A stretch of 64,000 bases of DNA from Laetmonice hystrix. Taxonomy: Eukaryota. How positions within the stretch are numbered: position 1 is the first letter of the stretch; each line of letters opens with the position of its first letter. Shown in pieces: positions 1 through 13,152 of this stretch. The notes under the pieces are model-generated. The model made no database searches and was not told the DNA's origin. It worked only from the letters and a program-made list of their open reading frames with translations. The DNA is taken from positions 32,242,001 to 32,306,000 of the forward strand of contig OZ249436.1 of NCBI GenBank assembly GCA_965235115.1, written 5' to 3'. The position numbers and the translations under genes were made by a program.

Positions 1-351
1 TTGAGGGAAACCTATCCACAGCTCTTCCTTTGATCAAAAGATTGAGACCCCATTCACATTCACACAATAATGTTAACTTCTGCAATTTTACTATTTAGAA
101 TGTAAGGAATCAAATTGGTATAGGTTACATCAAGCTTAAGCAGGATGAAAGAATGGTAATGTAAAATTGATTTTAAAAAATAATAACACGACGTTGCCTT
201 TCTAGGTTTATGGAAAGAAAGCTGAGAAAGTCCATAGATGACGAGATCCATTTGAGCATACGTGAGAATTTGAGCATCGCCACGGGGGGGGGGGGGGGGG
301 GTAAAACAATTTCTCTTTTCCTGCGTAAATGTTTTAAGATATATAATTCTA

Positions 352-596
352 CAGTGATCTGGAAAAACCTAGCAAGTCCACTTTGCCTCATTTTGAGAAA
401 ACTGGGACAAACAAAGCATTCCTCCCATTGAGGTGCATGCAAACGCTAGGGCTTTCCAGGTCAATAACTATGAATTGCGTAGAGTTCTGATCACTTGTAT
501 AGGACTATATGAAAAGGCAAAACTATAGTTAGTCCAAAAATGAATCTAACTCAAATTGGACAAAAACTCGACTTACTAGGTTTTTCCAAGTCACTG
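352..596. mobile_element. Tc1/mariner-type MITE
   Basis: TA flanks (350-351, 597-598); imperfect ~28-bp TIRs CAGTGATCTGGAAAAACCTAGCAAGTC / GACTTACTAGGTTTTTCCAAGTCACTG; CAGTG termini with a TA target are typical of Tc1/mariner. Confidence 0.8.
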
Positions 597-725
597 TAGT
601 CTAACACTATACTTTTCTCACTTCCAATCCTCGCATACTTCTTCGAACAGAAAGACCGTTCAGTTCAGACCGTAATTGATAAGCCTGTCTAAAGAACCGG
701 TTTCCCATGGTATTGCGATCTTTAA

Positions 726-1160
726 AGCAATCAGAGAGTATCTCTCATTTCGATGCCTCCAAAATGCAGACATGGGCTGCTAGGTTAGATAAGGCCTTAG
801 ACCACATAAATCAATAAATGTTTACCCACAGAAATGGAGAAATCTAGTGAAATTCAACATTCCAGTTGTCACCATGAAGGGAACGACTCATGGTTGGTTG
901 TTGACCCGGCATTGACTTGAACAGCCAATGAAATTCATCGGTTCATCGCCAAATGAATTTCATTGGCTTCAAGTCAATGCCAAGTCAAAGATTTTGTCAA
1001 CAACCTGCCATAAGACGATCGCTTCATAGCGACAACAGGCAATTGGAATGTTGAATTTCATTAGATTTCTACATTTCTGTGGGAAACACACATTTATTAA
1101 TTTATGTAGACTAAGAGTCATTTATGGAGTCATTTAACTGAGAGAAACTCTCTGATTGCT
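726..1160. mobile_element. Palindromic (foldback) MITE, TTAA-flanked, Kolobok-like termini
   Basis: TTAA at 722-725 and 1161-1164; ends AGCAATCAGAGAG / CTCTCTGATTGCT; the interior ~797-1115 is one long imperfect inverted repeat centred near 945. Confidence 0.75.
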
Positions 1161-1229
1161 TTAATAGTCAACAACGCTTCACCCGCACTATTTTCAATGT
1201 TTAAAACTGTAAATAAAATACCTTACTTC

Positions 1230-1756
1230 TTATCTTTCGGTCTGCAAATGATGCAGAAAGAACGTAAAACCATTGAGCATCCATAAACTTAGCCCCCTAT
1301 CTTTGAAGACACCGGGCGACAATTGGGGCAGGAAAAGCCTGAAACCATTGAGTAATGATGCACGGGTTTTGCTAAGCCGGCGGTAAAGGGCCATGCCATT
1401 TCTCCTCGATTCTACTGTTTGAGGATCAACAGTAAAAGTCAACTCAGATTTGGTTGTTCCCTCAAGCCGGATACTTGAGAAAAGCTTATCAATAAACCCC
1501 ATCATTTCGTGCACAAAAGACAGAATAAGCCGCCGTCTTATAAGCGTCATCACAGAGCATTCTGACAAGGTTTGGCTCTCTGGGATTTTCCAAAATCGCT
1601 TGTCGTGGCAAAGTTTCAAATCCTCAGGATTGTTGTTGGAGGCTGCGCCGCGCTGGAGACAAGACTTTACTGAATTGTGTTCAATGTCAAGCGAAGTGAC
1701 CTGTGACCTTGACAGCGATTGATGGGACCCTTCCCGTCCGTGTAGGAAAGTATAGC
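1230..1756 (-). other. Candidate coding segment of unknown function (stop-free frame of ~175 codons)
   Basis: The ORF-track frame 1230..1619 stays open upstream to ~1756 (..SQVTSLDIEHNSVKSCLQ..LKLCHDKRFWKIPESQTLSECSVMTLIRRRLILSFVHEMMGFIDKLF..). No recognised domain and no convincing acceptor. Confidence 0.2.
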
Positions 1757-4700
1757 GTTATGATTGATCCATGCGCCATTCGCTGCCAGTCGTTATTAGA
1801 CATCAACTAAAATGTTAATGGCACCAGCCGTAGGCACAGAAAAAAACGCCTTTCATCCTATTTTGTATCCACTGTCCGGAAGACCCGAACCATTTTGAAT
1901 AATAGCATGGGGAAAGTCCCTTTGCAAAAAGTGAAAAAGCAGAAAATATTTAATTAACTTCGTATCTATAAATCTGTGGACATATAAAGGCGAACAGTAT
2001 TAGATAAACAGCAGCTGTATATCTTCTTCTGCACAAATCTATGGTTTATATGATAGTGAATCGTGTATAGGGCCTGTATCATAAATTAGATCCTTCCTAC
2101 ATATCTGTCGGGCAAACAGAGAGAAAGGTAAAAATAACCCATCCTAGTTGTGTCTCCTTCTCTACGAAACCATGCATTAATTAAATCCAAGTAATGAAAT
2201 ATACGAGATAGCTCTATATCTTTCCCAGCACAAATCTATGAGAAGTTTGGCGTTCTTCTAGTTGTCTTTTTAATGAACCTTGTAGTAGCAGGAATTTGCA
2301 TCGTTTTATATTCGGTTCATGTAATTACACGTCCTCAAGGCGGGGACGCCTCTTAAGCGCCGCCTCGCGCCGCGAACCGCAGTTTGAACACGCACTCGGC
2401 TGTTGTCGACTCGATTTACAAACGTAGGTGGGCCATTTAATACCGACCAGACCGGAGCTTTTTTCGGGGGATTTTTCACGTACGTCCCTTACGGCCAGTT
2501 ACAGACGACACTGCAAGCCGCAATTCCAGTTTCTTATCCCTCTCATTAACGTGTTTAGTTCGCAGTTTGACGTAAATGCAGACGACAAAATTCTCCGCAT
2601 TTTGAAACGTGACCAGAAATCTTGACGCATGTGTAGGTGATGTAACAAGACTGATTTAATTGGTATGCCCTTGACGTAATGAAAATAAATGAACATTGTT
2701 TTGCTAAAATACTAATTGCTGTGGCCTCTCGCAAGAGAAATATATGGTGGAGGGGGAAACAGCTTTGAGATTACACGAGACGTGATTCGTATAAACCATA
2801 AAGAAAGGCAGGAATGGCCATTTCCTAATGACATAACAATTATGAGCCTAATTTTCTGGGTTAACTAAAGAGCCAACGCCCAGGCTGAATATCAGCAAAA
2901 CGAGATGGGAATCTGGGCATGAGAGGTTTTTCAGAGGCACTCGAACTGAAATGTAGAAAAACAAAACAATAATATTAATTGCAATTTAATTTAATCCTAA
3001 AAATTACAGGGGAAATCCGAAACTTTTCTGACGGGTCGACGGTCGTGGAGTAATAGAGCACTCAGCAGAGACTCAGGCCTGTCGCTCTCATCGCCGACAG
3101 TTACACAATTACTATTTCTGTAACTCCTGTGCATCAACCTCTGGCTACCGCCCTGATTATAGACCTATACATTTTGTATGTGAAAATTACGTCATATGTG
3201 AAACCTCAGCGGTATTTGAAACGAATCAACGTCATAATGTGTAAAGGTTATCTTGCTGCAAATGTGAAAAAGAATGACCTCAAAATGTGAAAAAGATTGT
3301 TTACGACATTAGGTGAAAAACGATTCCGACAAATGTGAAAACAAAACTTATCCCAATAGTATTGGGGCCACAATCTCTGACACCATTCGCCATTAGTCTA
3401 GGCTTCCTCCGGGATATAATTTGTATGTCAAATTATTTTCTGCTCTTATTTCTTATTTGTAGATAAATGGATGATATGTACACTATGCACGGGATTCGGG
3501 CTTACCCCATTAAAGAATGTTCCGACCCAGATAGCATATTGCAAGAAAACAAAACTATTACAACTTTCTTTACCAAATTTGTTTTGCCTGCAAGACAAGA
3601 CATGGGGGGGGGGGGGGGGGGTGAAGAGGACTCCTCCCCCCAATATTCAAACCAGAGGAGCTATGGATAGGATAAATTGTATAGGTCTATAGCAGGGGAA
3701 TCGAGTTCCTGTCCCATGATTACACCCATTCACATTATGTATCAAAATATTACGCATCAATATATTTGTAAAGCCTAAAATTGATAGAGCTATACTTCTG
3801 CCTGCTGGAAGGCATGCAGGCATACATGGCTTGCAGGTATGCATGGCTTGCAGGTATGCATGTCCTAGGTAGGCGGTAAGACATGTTCTATGGTTTGATG
3901 GTCCAATATAATAATGTATGTGTATACACCTACTTGTATCCTTCTATCTGAAGTGAAGGCTCTGTTGTGTGTGAAATGTTGTCTTCCATGAGGGATCTTT
4001 TTTTTAAATAGGCACACTGCGCATCCTGCTCGATTGTATTTCAGTTGCTACAATTGCATATTATCAATATAACGATAGCATCAAATTACGAGCTTCAAAA
4101 CGCAATTAAAACAGCCAAGCGTTATAGGAAAACGCAAGTCACATAACAATTTAAAAGCTGTTTGAAATTAATTAACAAGACTGAATACTTCATCAGCCAC
4201 CTTTATAAATTCGTTTACACCGTGAACAGTTATCATTAACAATTTCATAATATGGGCAGGACACGCAATTCAATTTCGGTCCCAACAGCGGAAAGGCGGC
4301 GATTCTTTTGCCAAAGAATTTCTCATTATCTCAATCCTCTCCGAAATGTCGGCATCTCGGCCTCGCCACAGACATCTGCACTGGTTGACAATAACGCTTC
4401 CAGTCTCTTCTCCCTGTGAGTGTGGGAAAAGCGGCACTCTTTGATGTGCCGGTGAGAAGCCATCAAGTGCATGGCGCACGCTATACGGGCCAGCTCTGCC
4501 ATCTTTGCCATCTTTAAGTTTTCTGTCAATTCCCTTCAAGATATTCGCGCTATCTCTACAAGTTGCAACGCTCATTAGTTTTTAATGAAACATAACGCAC
4601 ACACCTAGAACTTGAATAAGAAAGTCTGAATTTCTTCAAGGATTAAATAGGAAATAGATAAGATTGTCCATTGCTGCAAGATTCCTTTTTTGTTCGGCGG

Positions 4701-7700
4701 GGGGGGGGGGCATCCAGATAGCAGCTATCTATAATAGACGGTGACCAATTTCCCAACCAATCAAAAAACTCGATCTAAGCGCTTTCAACTCATTTTTATC
4801 ATATTGAAAAAGTAATAGATCTCTCAGTCAGAACTATAGAAAACAATAAGCGACAAAGGATTACTGAAGATTGACCGTCCTATACCAAATGGGAGACACG
4901 TTATGAACTGTTATTGAGGGGAGGGGTCGGCATATATCTTTAGGCCGAAATTAAATTTGATTTCAAATAGGCTAAATGCTAAGATAGATCTACATATAAA
5001 TTATTACGTTGCAAACGAAACTAAATGGTTCACTACATCATAATATAATCAATATAATCGATGTTCGGGAGTCCCAGATCTGCGGCCAGTGTGAAACAGA
5101 ATTTGGTAAGCAGGCCTTTCCACTTTGCAAAAACCACGCTCACGCCATCCAGGGTAAAATTCTCAGTAACAAGTGACGGAAATTGCCGAGCAGCTCCGAG
5201 TGTATGCAGTGTCAGTGGGCTCTGGTCAGTCTGTGGATCCGACTCAGATCACACGTTGGTTAATATTCTCTCAGATGTTTAAAAGGTCGTTCTCAACTTA
5301 CCTTCAAAAAGAGATTTAACGGAGAGGTCTATCTATGCGTTGTCACGTGGTCCGCCCCATAACACTCTCTCATTGAACCCCCTCCACCAGGGAGTCGTCG
5401 TGAAGCTTCAGTGAAGAAGAACAGGTAGTAGGACTATACATAGGTCACCGCCTGCCAGTGACAGCAATCCCGAAGTAAGTTCAATGCCAATGTCCCAATC
5501 ATGCATTGTCTCCGACGTGGCTTGCTCGACAGACAACACACAGGAACAAAGCTGCGTCAAGAGCTTTGCTCGTCTACAGGTCCGTAGATGTTTTATTATT
5601 CTGTGACGAATCCCCCCCCCCCCTCCCCCGAATGTCCCTCCCCCTATAGTAGGTAGCCAGTCTGGTTACGTGCCCAGAACATAATGATATTCAGGTGCAT
5701 TAGCGAGACCCTGGGCCTCGTCTCATCAGTCGCACTTCCCTCAGCTAGACGTTTGGCATGGATCATCTCTACTTCCTAATTACGGTCGCCACGTGACTTC
5801 CCATGTGACTGGCCACGTCATGGGTCGTAGACCCAGACAGACAGATCCTCATACAGATAGCGATTTTCATTTACATCCGAGGGCGACTTCTACACGACGA
5901 GTTTAGATCCTATACCCGCAGGGTTACATCAAACCGAGTCCTGGAAAACACGTACTTAAAGATGGCTTCAAGGGCGTACGCTACTTAAGTGATTGTTTTG
6001 ATTGAAGAGGGAATACTTGTTAATTAGGGGCTCATTTGTGATATTAATTTCGAGTGAGACACTAATTAAAGGATATGGACATGAATTTTACAGGAGGCAT
6101 GAAGTTGACTAGAATCAGGCTTTAGTTTTACGTAATCTGTCCAGTTTTTCAGCTGGTCTTGGAAATTTCAACTTGACGACACATAGAATCCCCGCAGGGT
6201 GTCCCATAAGCTTCACGTGTTAGTGCAAGATGCCGTATATTGACATTTGTTTCAATGGATATCATAATTATGAAATCTACTTGTTAGGGAAATATTTTAT
6301 ATTTCTGGATTAGTCAAGCCATTGCGCACTTTCTGAAGTTATGGTAAGACGTGCAAATAATGAACTCGTTCACAATCTTTAAATTACGGAGCTTTCCTTT
6401 GATACCATGATACCATGATACACGGGAGGGAGTAGACATATAGGGAATTCTTGGGTGCCGTATCCATGGAACTAATGACGCACTCGGGAAATATACAGAA
6501 AGTTCTCAAATGCTCTTGGATAATATGATAAAATGCTCTCATATAGAAAAGAAGTCAAGCAACTCGATATGACCAATCGAAGATATTATAAGCGATGCTG
6601 CGAGATGACGTCACGTCAGCACTGGTTTCCTCTGGGCACGCGCGAGGAAAACAGCGTTTTTTCCCGGTATAGTGCCCCCTTGCGGCTGTCGCCAATATTA
6701 AACCTGACGCTGAAACACCGATGACAGCCGTGATTACAATTTTCCGAACTGCACTTAAATTACGAGTCATTCTCAATCCCGTCAAGTGATCAATTTCACA
6801 ACCAGGTGTTACTGATAAGGTGTAACAAACCTTCGAAATGGTACTTGGTTATATTTGATTGTCGGACTGGTCGCATTAGCAGGGACCCTATACCCGACGT
6901 ATACAAACTGACGATGACAGAATGATATATAGAGAGCGAGGGTTTCGAGCTCAGACGACAGGCAATGAAAACCAGTCGCCTGGAATCGCGCGAAATGTCA
7001 ATAACAGGTTCCTGCCAAGACCCGAGATAAGAACGGCCAAGTTTTCCACCAAACATTTCCACGTTATACATACAACAAAAAGGTGAAAGTAATTTTAATT
7101 ATAAACATACCAGTCAGAGAACGATTGATGGGAATTTGATTCTATCCATAGCAACTTGTAATTTTATAAATATACAGAAATAACGGTCGCAACAATCCAG
7201 TATACACAAGCCCCTTAGGCATATTTTATTTCGACTTTCAAATACAATATATAGACACATTTATTAACACGAACAATATAATTTTGCATAGAATATACAT
7301 TCGATATCAAAAAAAGGTACTTCATCACCTCCTGCCATATGTACAAGTTCTTAGGGTGAGTCAACCTACGAAGGCAGCCAGACAGAAAGAGAAGGTAAAC
7401 TCAATCACACTTTGTTCACGGACCTTTTCTCGTTTCGCGATTGTCTACAAGAGAAGAGAAATAGAATTAACCCAATGTGGCTGGTGATTTGTCTATTTTC
7501 TTCACTCTTCACCGAACTGATTAGCGCTAAGTGCACTGATTGGTGCACCTGCCCAGTCGGGAGAGTCCCAGTCTTTTTTACGATCATTCCGTTACAAGTG
7601 CATGACACAGACACAAGCATTTGAACCACTGCTAATGAAAGTGGAAAGGAAAAGGTTATACCCTGAATGATGAAAGAATTGGCTGGGTACCAATGACATA

Positions 7701-8489
7701 TTCATGTGTGTTTTATGATCCCTTCGTGACACTGTTCCAGTGCAAATAATTTTCTTTTACAATTTACCAACATGTAAGACTTTCATTTTTACCTAGTTAA
7801 TCAACAACTTAATCTTAAATAATACAATTTTAAGAGCTCCTTTATATAGTGATTTGACGGAGACAACGATCCATCACGGCTGTTCAACCTCCTTAGACTA
7901 TGTTGTTGACCATTCCGTCACGAAACACACTCAGGCGATTCGGAATTTGTGTATAATTAACTTCAGACCACGCTTTATACGCAATACGTCCAGGGGTTTT
8001 AATCGTCAGTATCCCCACTGCACTTCTTCATCAACTTGCAATGTTTGTATCCACGGCTTGCAATAACAGTATATCCAGTATTACCAATCAGTCTCTTTAC
8101 GCTTGTAAATTGGTAATCCACTTGTGTAAGGTCCCACTTAGAGAGGAAATGGTACCAGTTTGGTACAACTGCATCACACAATAACACTGTATATTATCTT
8201 CGCATTCACTGATGATGCAGTAAAAGTTATAGAATCTTTGCATCCCTGTGTTTTACCGAATTATTTCATAGACGGTCGCCGATTGTGTCGTGATGGACAA
8301 GAGTACGCTGTACTGGTTCGGGAGGTGCAAACATCGAACGGACCCTTTTGGCTTCAACTGTTGCTGCTGCCCATTATACTTTTGTAAACTAACGACCGCA
8401 ATGGCTTGCAATTAATAACGTCTGAGTAAATCCACTACGTCAGTTCCTTACAATGAACGCCGAGGTGCACTGCTGCAAGACGACGTTAA

Positions 8490-8839
8490 AGGGAATAGAA
8501 AAGTTCAAACTATCAATATAAGGGTGTTCAGCATGAAAAAGCTTGTTCTTACCTACAATTCTGTGATTATCTGATCTTTAATAAAGGAATAATCAACCGA
8601 AATGTAGAGACATTCTCCCGCTGGCTTCGTCGGTTTGTTTACCCTATTTGGCCCTTATCTCAATCTATTAATAGATATATATAGCTCCCGCTGTCTCGCG
8701 TGGGAAATAGGGAATGACCGTGGCGGTATTTTTAAAAAGTCGCCGTTGACAGTGTTCCACCTATCGGTGTGACCTTAGACACTTTATATGGTGTTACTGG
8801 TGTTCAAAGGTACGTTAGTGAGGAACTTTTCTATTCCCT
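8490..8839. mobile_element. Kolobok-like MITE (350 bp)
   Basis: Perfect 17-bp TIRs AGGGAATAGAAAAGTTC / GAACTTTTCTATTCCCT with TTAA at 8486-8489 and 8840-8843. Confidence 0.8.
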
Positions 8840-11087
8840 TTAAGTAAGGACAAGTAATCCTGGAATGTATTCGGCCTTGAAAGACCTGAACTTACACACA
8901 GAAATGTAACTTTCCGTAATCCACCGGTATCTCCAGAGTTAGTACGGTTTATTTTAATAGTAAACCCAAACTGCAGATTGCTCCGTCCTCTTGTTTCCTA
9001 TTTACAGAACTGGAAATACGAACTGCCATCCCCATTTCGCCCTGTTATAGTTCTCGTTCGTTAGACTTCTCGTTCGTTAGACATCCCACTTTTAACGAAC
9101 GAGGGTTAACAAACGTTCACGTGAATGGTCCCTGTGACTGGCGCACCTGTGGCCATCCGTACCGTCATCTCAGTCGTTTCATCTCAGAAATGACCCTCCG
9201 CAAACGCCATGGCATCTTTGAGACGAGACCTCCTGAAAAAACATGGGAAACAATAGATAATTCACCACTAAAACGTCCCTGCCTTGCCATAGACTAGACA
9301 TCACATTCTCAGCTTCTGTCACGTTCCTTACTGTTAAGTCAAAAAGGTGTAATGATTCATCGTACAATTAGCTTCTGACAAGTATGGGTGTTTGGCTAAT
9401 TGACAGTCACCTCATCTGTCCGGGAATTGGGTGTTTGATCAATAACCAACGAAAAGGACTGTGAAGCGCGTGGCCCCGGCATGGATCCACACCAAGTCCC
9501 TGCGGACCTGTACAATCACATAACAACTATACATTGTGGCTGGCATCCATCAGTGTATTGCAGTGGTCCTCATCTTATAATGTCCTCCAAGCCAGCTGCT
9601 AGGAGATCCCGAAGCCTGCTGGCTCTCACAGCACAATTGTAAGGTCAACCCTCGCCCTCCCTGTTTTCAGTTTGTCATGTGATAACAGAACAAGCAAACC
9701 AGAGCCAATCAGTCTGGCACATTACTGAGTATACCACATCAACATGGAAAGGCTGCTCTAAAACTACCATGGAAACGCGACATGATGATGGGGCGCACGC
9801 CTGCCTGAGTTTTCCTGATAAATGATTCCCTGAGGAGACATGACGAACCAAGTGGGTTAGAATGACAAGGTCAGAGTCCAACCTTTCTCAGGACGTTATT
9901 ACTAATGCCAACGTGACCAGTTTTATGATGAGCCCATTGTTCCTACACCGACAGATTTACAACAAACAATACAAATTCGATATTGGGTTTATTGCTTTCC
10001 TACCGAAATGGGAAGGCGGATCATATGCGAACCTTTGGTGAACGGGATGATATAGTTTCCTCTCGAGGTTATCAGATGGAGTGGTTTTACCAGCGAGAAC
10101 ATTACAACTAGTATCTCTCACTCGGGACTCGGGGGGGGGGGGGGTAGTTTGGAGGCTGGGGGGCTTGGTGACCAAAGGTTCAAATATACCACCCCTTCCA
10201 ACCCTATTGTAACAAGCTTTTGGCCCTCAATCACCCTCTCAACCCCCATGGGGCCAGTACATGTTATTTATCCGAACGCGGCAGTCGATTTTTAAGTAGT
10301 GTTCATAGTGCCAGTTGCAAGAACGACAAGGTTCGGAAATCGAATCTAGTCCCAGCAAGTTGTACTTAATCCGGGTATAATTTGTACCTCTGCCTTGCTC
10401 TTACCTAACTGAGTAGTTTTTAATGCTGGTCAATCACTTTATCTGGCACCTCTACCCCATCACACACCCCAGCCCAACTGCTGGCCACAACCAGCTGGCA
10501 AAGTTGTCGTTGGGGCCAGATTGAACCAATATGGCCCGATCAGCCCTGCCTTTGTGACATCTAATAAAGGGGTCGTTGGCCTAAGGCGGGGCGGGAAGGG
10601 GTGGGTAGGAGGCTGAGCTCTACATGTACATCGGCTGGAGGCGGCCTGACGTGAGCTGAGGGTTTATTCATTGCTCCAACCGAACGACTGCCTCCAGTCT
10701 ATGCTCTCCCGACCATAGGATGAATTCGATGATAGCGTGTTGCGTGTTGACTGCAATGGGCGCCCTCTATATGTTACAGTCTTTCAGTGGAAAACTGGGG
10801 GGAGAAAACGTCCTAGGAAGACACTTCTTTTATGGAAAATATGAATGTACGGGGAAAACCTTTAAGTGCCTTCCCTTAAAGGTTAGAAATCCTTCGCAAG
10901 CAGAATATTGGTGCAACGAATTCAGGCGAAGCGGGTAATGTCTTTAGGCACCAGTTTGAAAGCCTGGCATACTGAATTGGGATCATTAGGGCTGATGCTC
11001 AGTGCGCCATGCCCCCTCACCATTTCATTGTGAGACAGACAATAAAGAAATAAGTAGACACCATGTGGCAGGGGCCACATGAGATCC

Positions 11088-11572
11088 CATTATGCTACGT
11101 CACAATGGATGGTGGTAAATGAAAGAAAATCTATGACTTGCTATTCATGTTTAATCGTAACCATGGTTCCATCTTGCACCGTTTACGAGTTATAATCCTT
11201 GGAAGATGCCAATGACGTCATTATCACGTCATAAGTCACACTACCTCATAAATCTGGATGTCAATTGAAAGAGATCTTTAGGGATGTTTAACCCTATCTA
11301 GCACGGTTTCCTAATCCAAGGTAAAGCCACTTAAAAAGATGCCAAAGTACACATAACCTTACTTGACCTATCTACATCATGCCACGTCGCGAAGAATGGT
11401 GGGAAATGAAAGACAATATTACTTCCTATTCATGTTTAATAGTAGCTTTATGCCTATCTTGCACGGTTTCTAACATATCGTTACTTGAAAAAATGCCAAA
11501 ATTACACATGACCTGATTTGACCTTTCTACATCATGCTACCTCACAATAAAAGGTGGTAAATGGAAGACAAC
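11088..11572. repeat. Degenerate ~155-bp tandem repeat, possibly Helitron/Helentron-associated core repeats
   Basis: Block CATYATGCYACGTC...GGTGGTAAATGAAAGA recurs at ~11088, ~11375 and ~11530; CTATTCATGTTTAAT and (CT)ATCTTGCACSGTTT-like blocks also recur. Confidence 0.5.
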
Positions 11573-12969
11573 ACGTTCCAAGTTTCCACGATATAGCCCA
11601 TATAGACTGACTCATAGCCTGATTTTAAGGCAACTTTCAATAGACTACTTAATGCTAGAGCATAAAGCATGGTTCATCGTCTTAATGAGATATTTTGTCT
11701 CGCTCAGATTGATAGTTTACCTAGTTGACAGTGTGAGGGACTATAGTAAACATCTCTACCGTTGTTATCGGGTTGTGTAACACCATATGACAATCTGTGC
11801 AGTGAATGTCTCTGAATCGGTTACTCGGTTTTTCAGCTGTCACTTTCGCGATCTGGCGCAATGTGTTTACATTCTAACAATCCCATAATTCTCCGCGACG
11901 CGGGTAATACGTCACAATTTAGTGTTTAGTATGCCTTTTATGGGTAGGCTGTATCCTTCTCCGGTCTCTCACGAGCTGTCTACTCGCCAACTCACTGTTG
12001 GTCTCTCACAATGATCTACTCTGCGCTATAAATTCTGACATGTTATGCCAAACACTGGCCCGGATGTAGACAACAACAAACTCGCGCGGTGCCGCCGTGC
12101 CGGAAATGGAGAACTCCCCTGTGACTGTGTCAGACTTTACAGAGTTAGAATATCTGGTTTTCCTCCCAGGTGAAGAAGAGACTGCTTTGTCTCCACGGTA
12201 GAAAATTCAAGAAGGATAGGTAGGTTGAGAAATTAGATTTGAACTAGGCCTATGTGCCTGTGCGTAGGGGGAAATTCGACTATTTACTGCTCCTCTGTTC
12301 ATGCACGATGCCGCTTCACTGGGGTTTGCGCAAATCCTGGGGAAATGGCCGATTCATACATCCGAGGTCTGGTTCGCCTCCGGATATGACCTAGGAACAG
12401 CCAATCAGAAGCAGCGTCGGTGTTCCGAGTCGCTCGGCCTATCACCGAACGCGCTGTCCTTGAACACTTTTTCCATCCCGCAGGATCTGAGAGAGAGCAC
12501 CGCACATAACCTATGCCTTCAAAGTGTAGATGGCCATCCCTGGCAGCTATTAGGCCAAATAAATTATAAAAACGCACGACGTGAACAAAACGCATATGGG
12601 AAGGTGGGCGTTGGGTAAAGGTCAGAGGTCAAACTGATTCAAGTTCGCTGATATGAATGAATTTTCTGTAGCTGCTTCTGGAACTCGACAATAAGGTATC
12701 TCCCAAAAGTCTTTATGACGTCATAACTCCAAAACGTGACGTCATATGACCTTAGGTGTCATACTGAAGAAACTATTAGCAAAATTAGCAAAATACGACC
12801 ATGGTTTAACAAATACGATTACAATTTCAAGATCCGATCCGATTGCGGCGTCTGGAAAAAAATCCTTTAAATACAATGTAAATCTAGGGCCAGATACTGT
12901 GCTGTTGACCATTTCATCCTGTGCTTTGTATGTTCTTCTTGTCCACCATGTAGCCCTACATTAAGATTC

Positions 12970-13152
12970 CGTAGGGATTCCCACACCTGCAAGGACGTGA
13001 ACTGCACGACAAGGGACAGTAATGCCCCATTAATGAGCAACCATGATCGCCTTTCAATCCAGGATTTGATCCTTGACCTTTGGGGCCATCACATGACCAT
13101 GAGCATGAGCAGCGGCTGGAAATCAATGACCACCGCCCTGAGCTGGCCGCCA
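12970..13152 (-). mobile_element. Possible decayed tRNA-derived SINE
   Basis: Minus strand has a GC-rich head and a B-box-like GGATCAAATCC; heavily diverged. Confidence 0.2.

Noticed and set aside
283..301. Long poly-G/poly-C runs here and across the window
   Set aside because: Common homopolymers, often inside small decayed repeats, with lengths unreliable in assemblies; no specific function can be supported.
4270..4575. Overlapping minus-strand ORFs, possible transposon protein relic
   Set aside because: No motif I could recognise.
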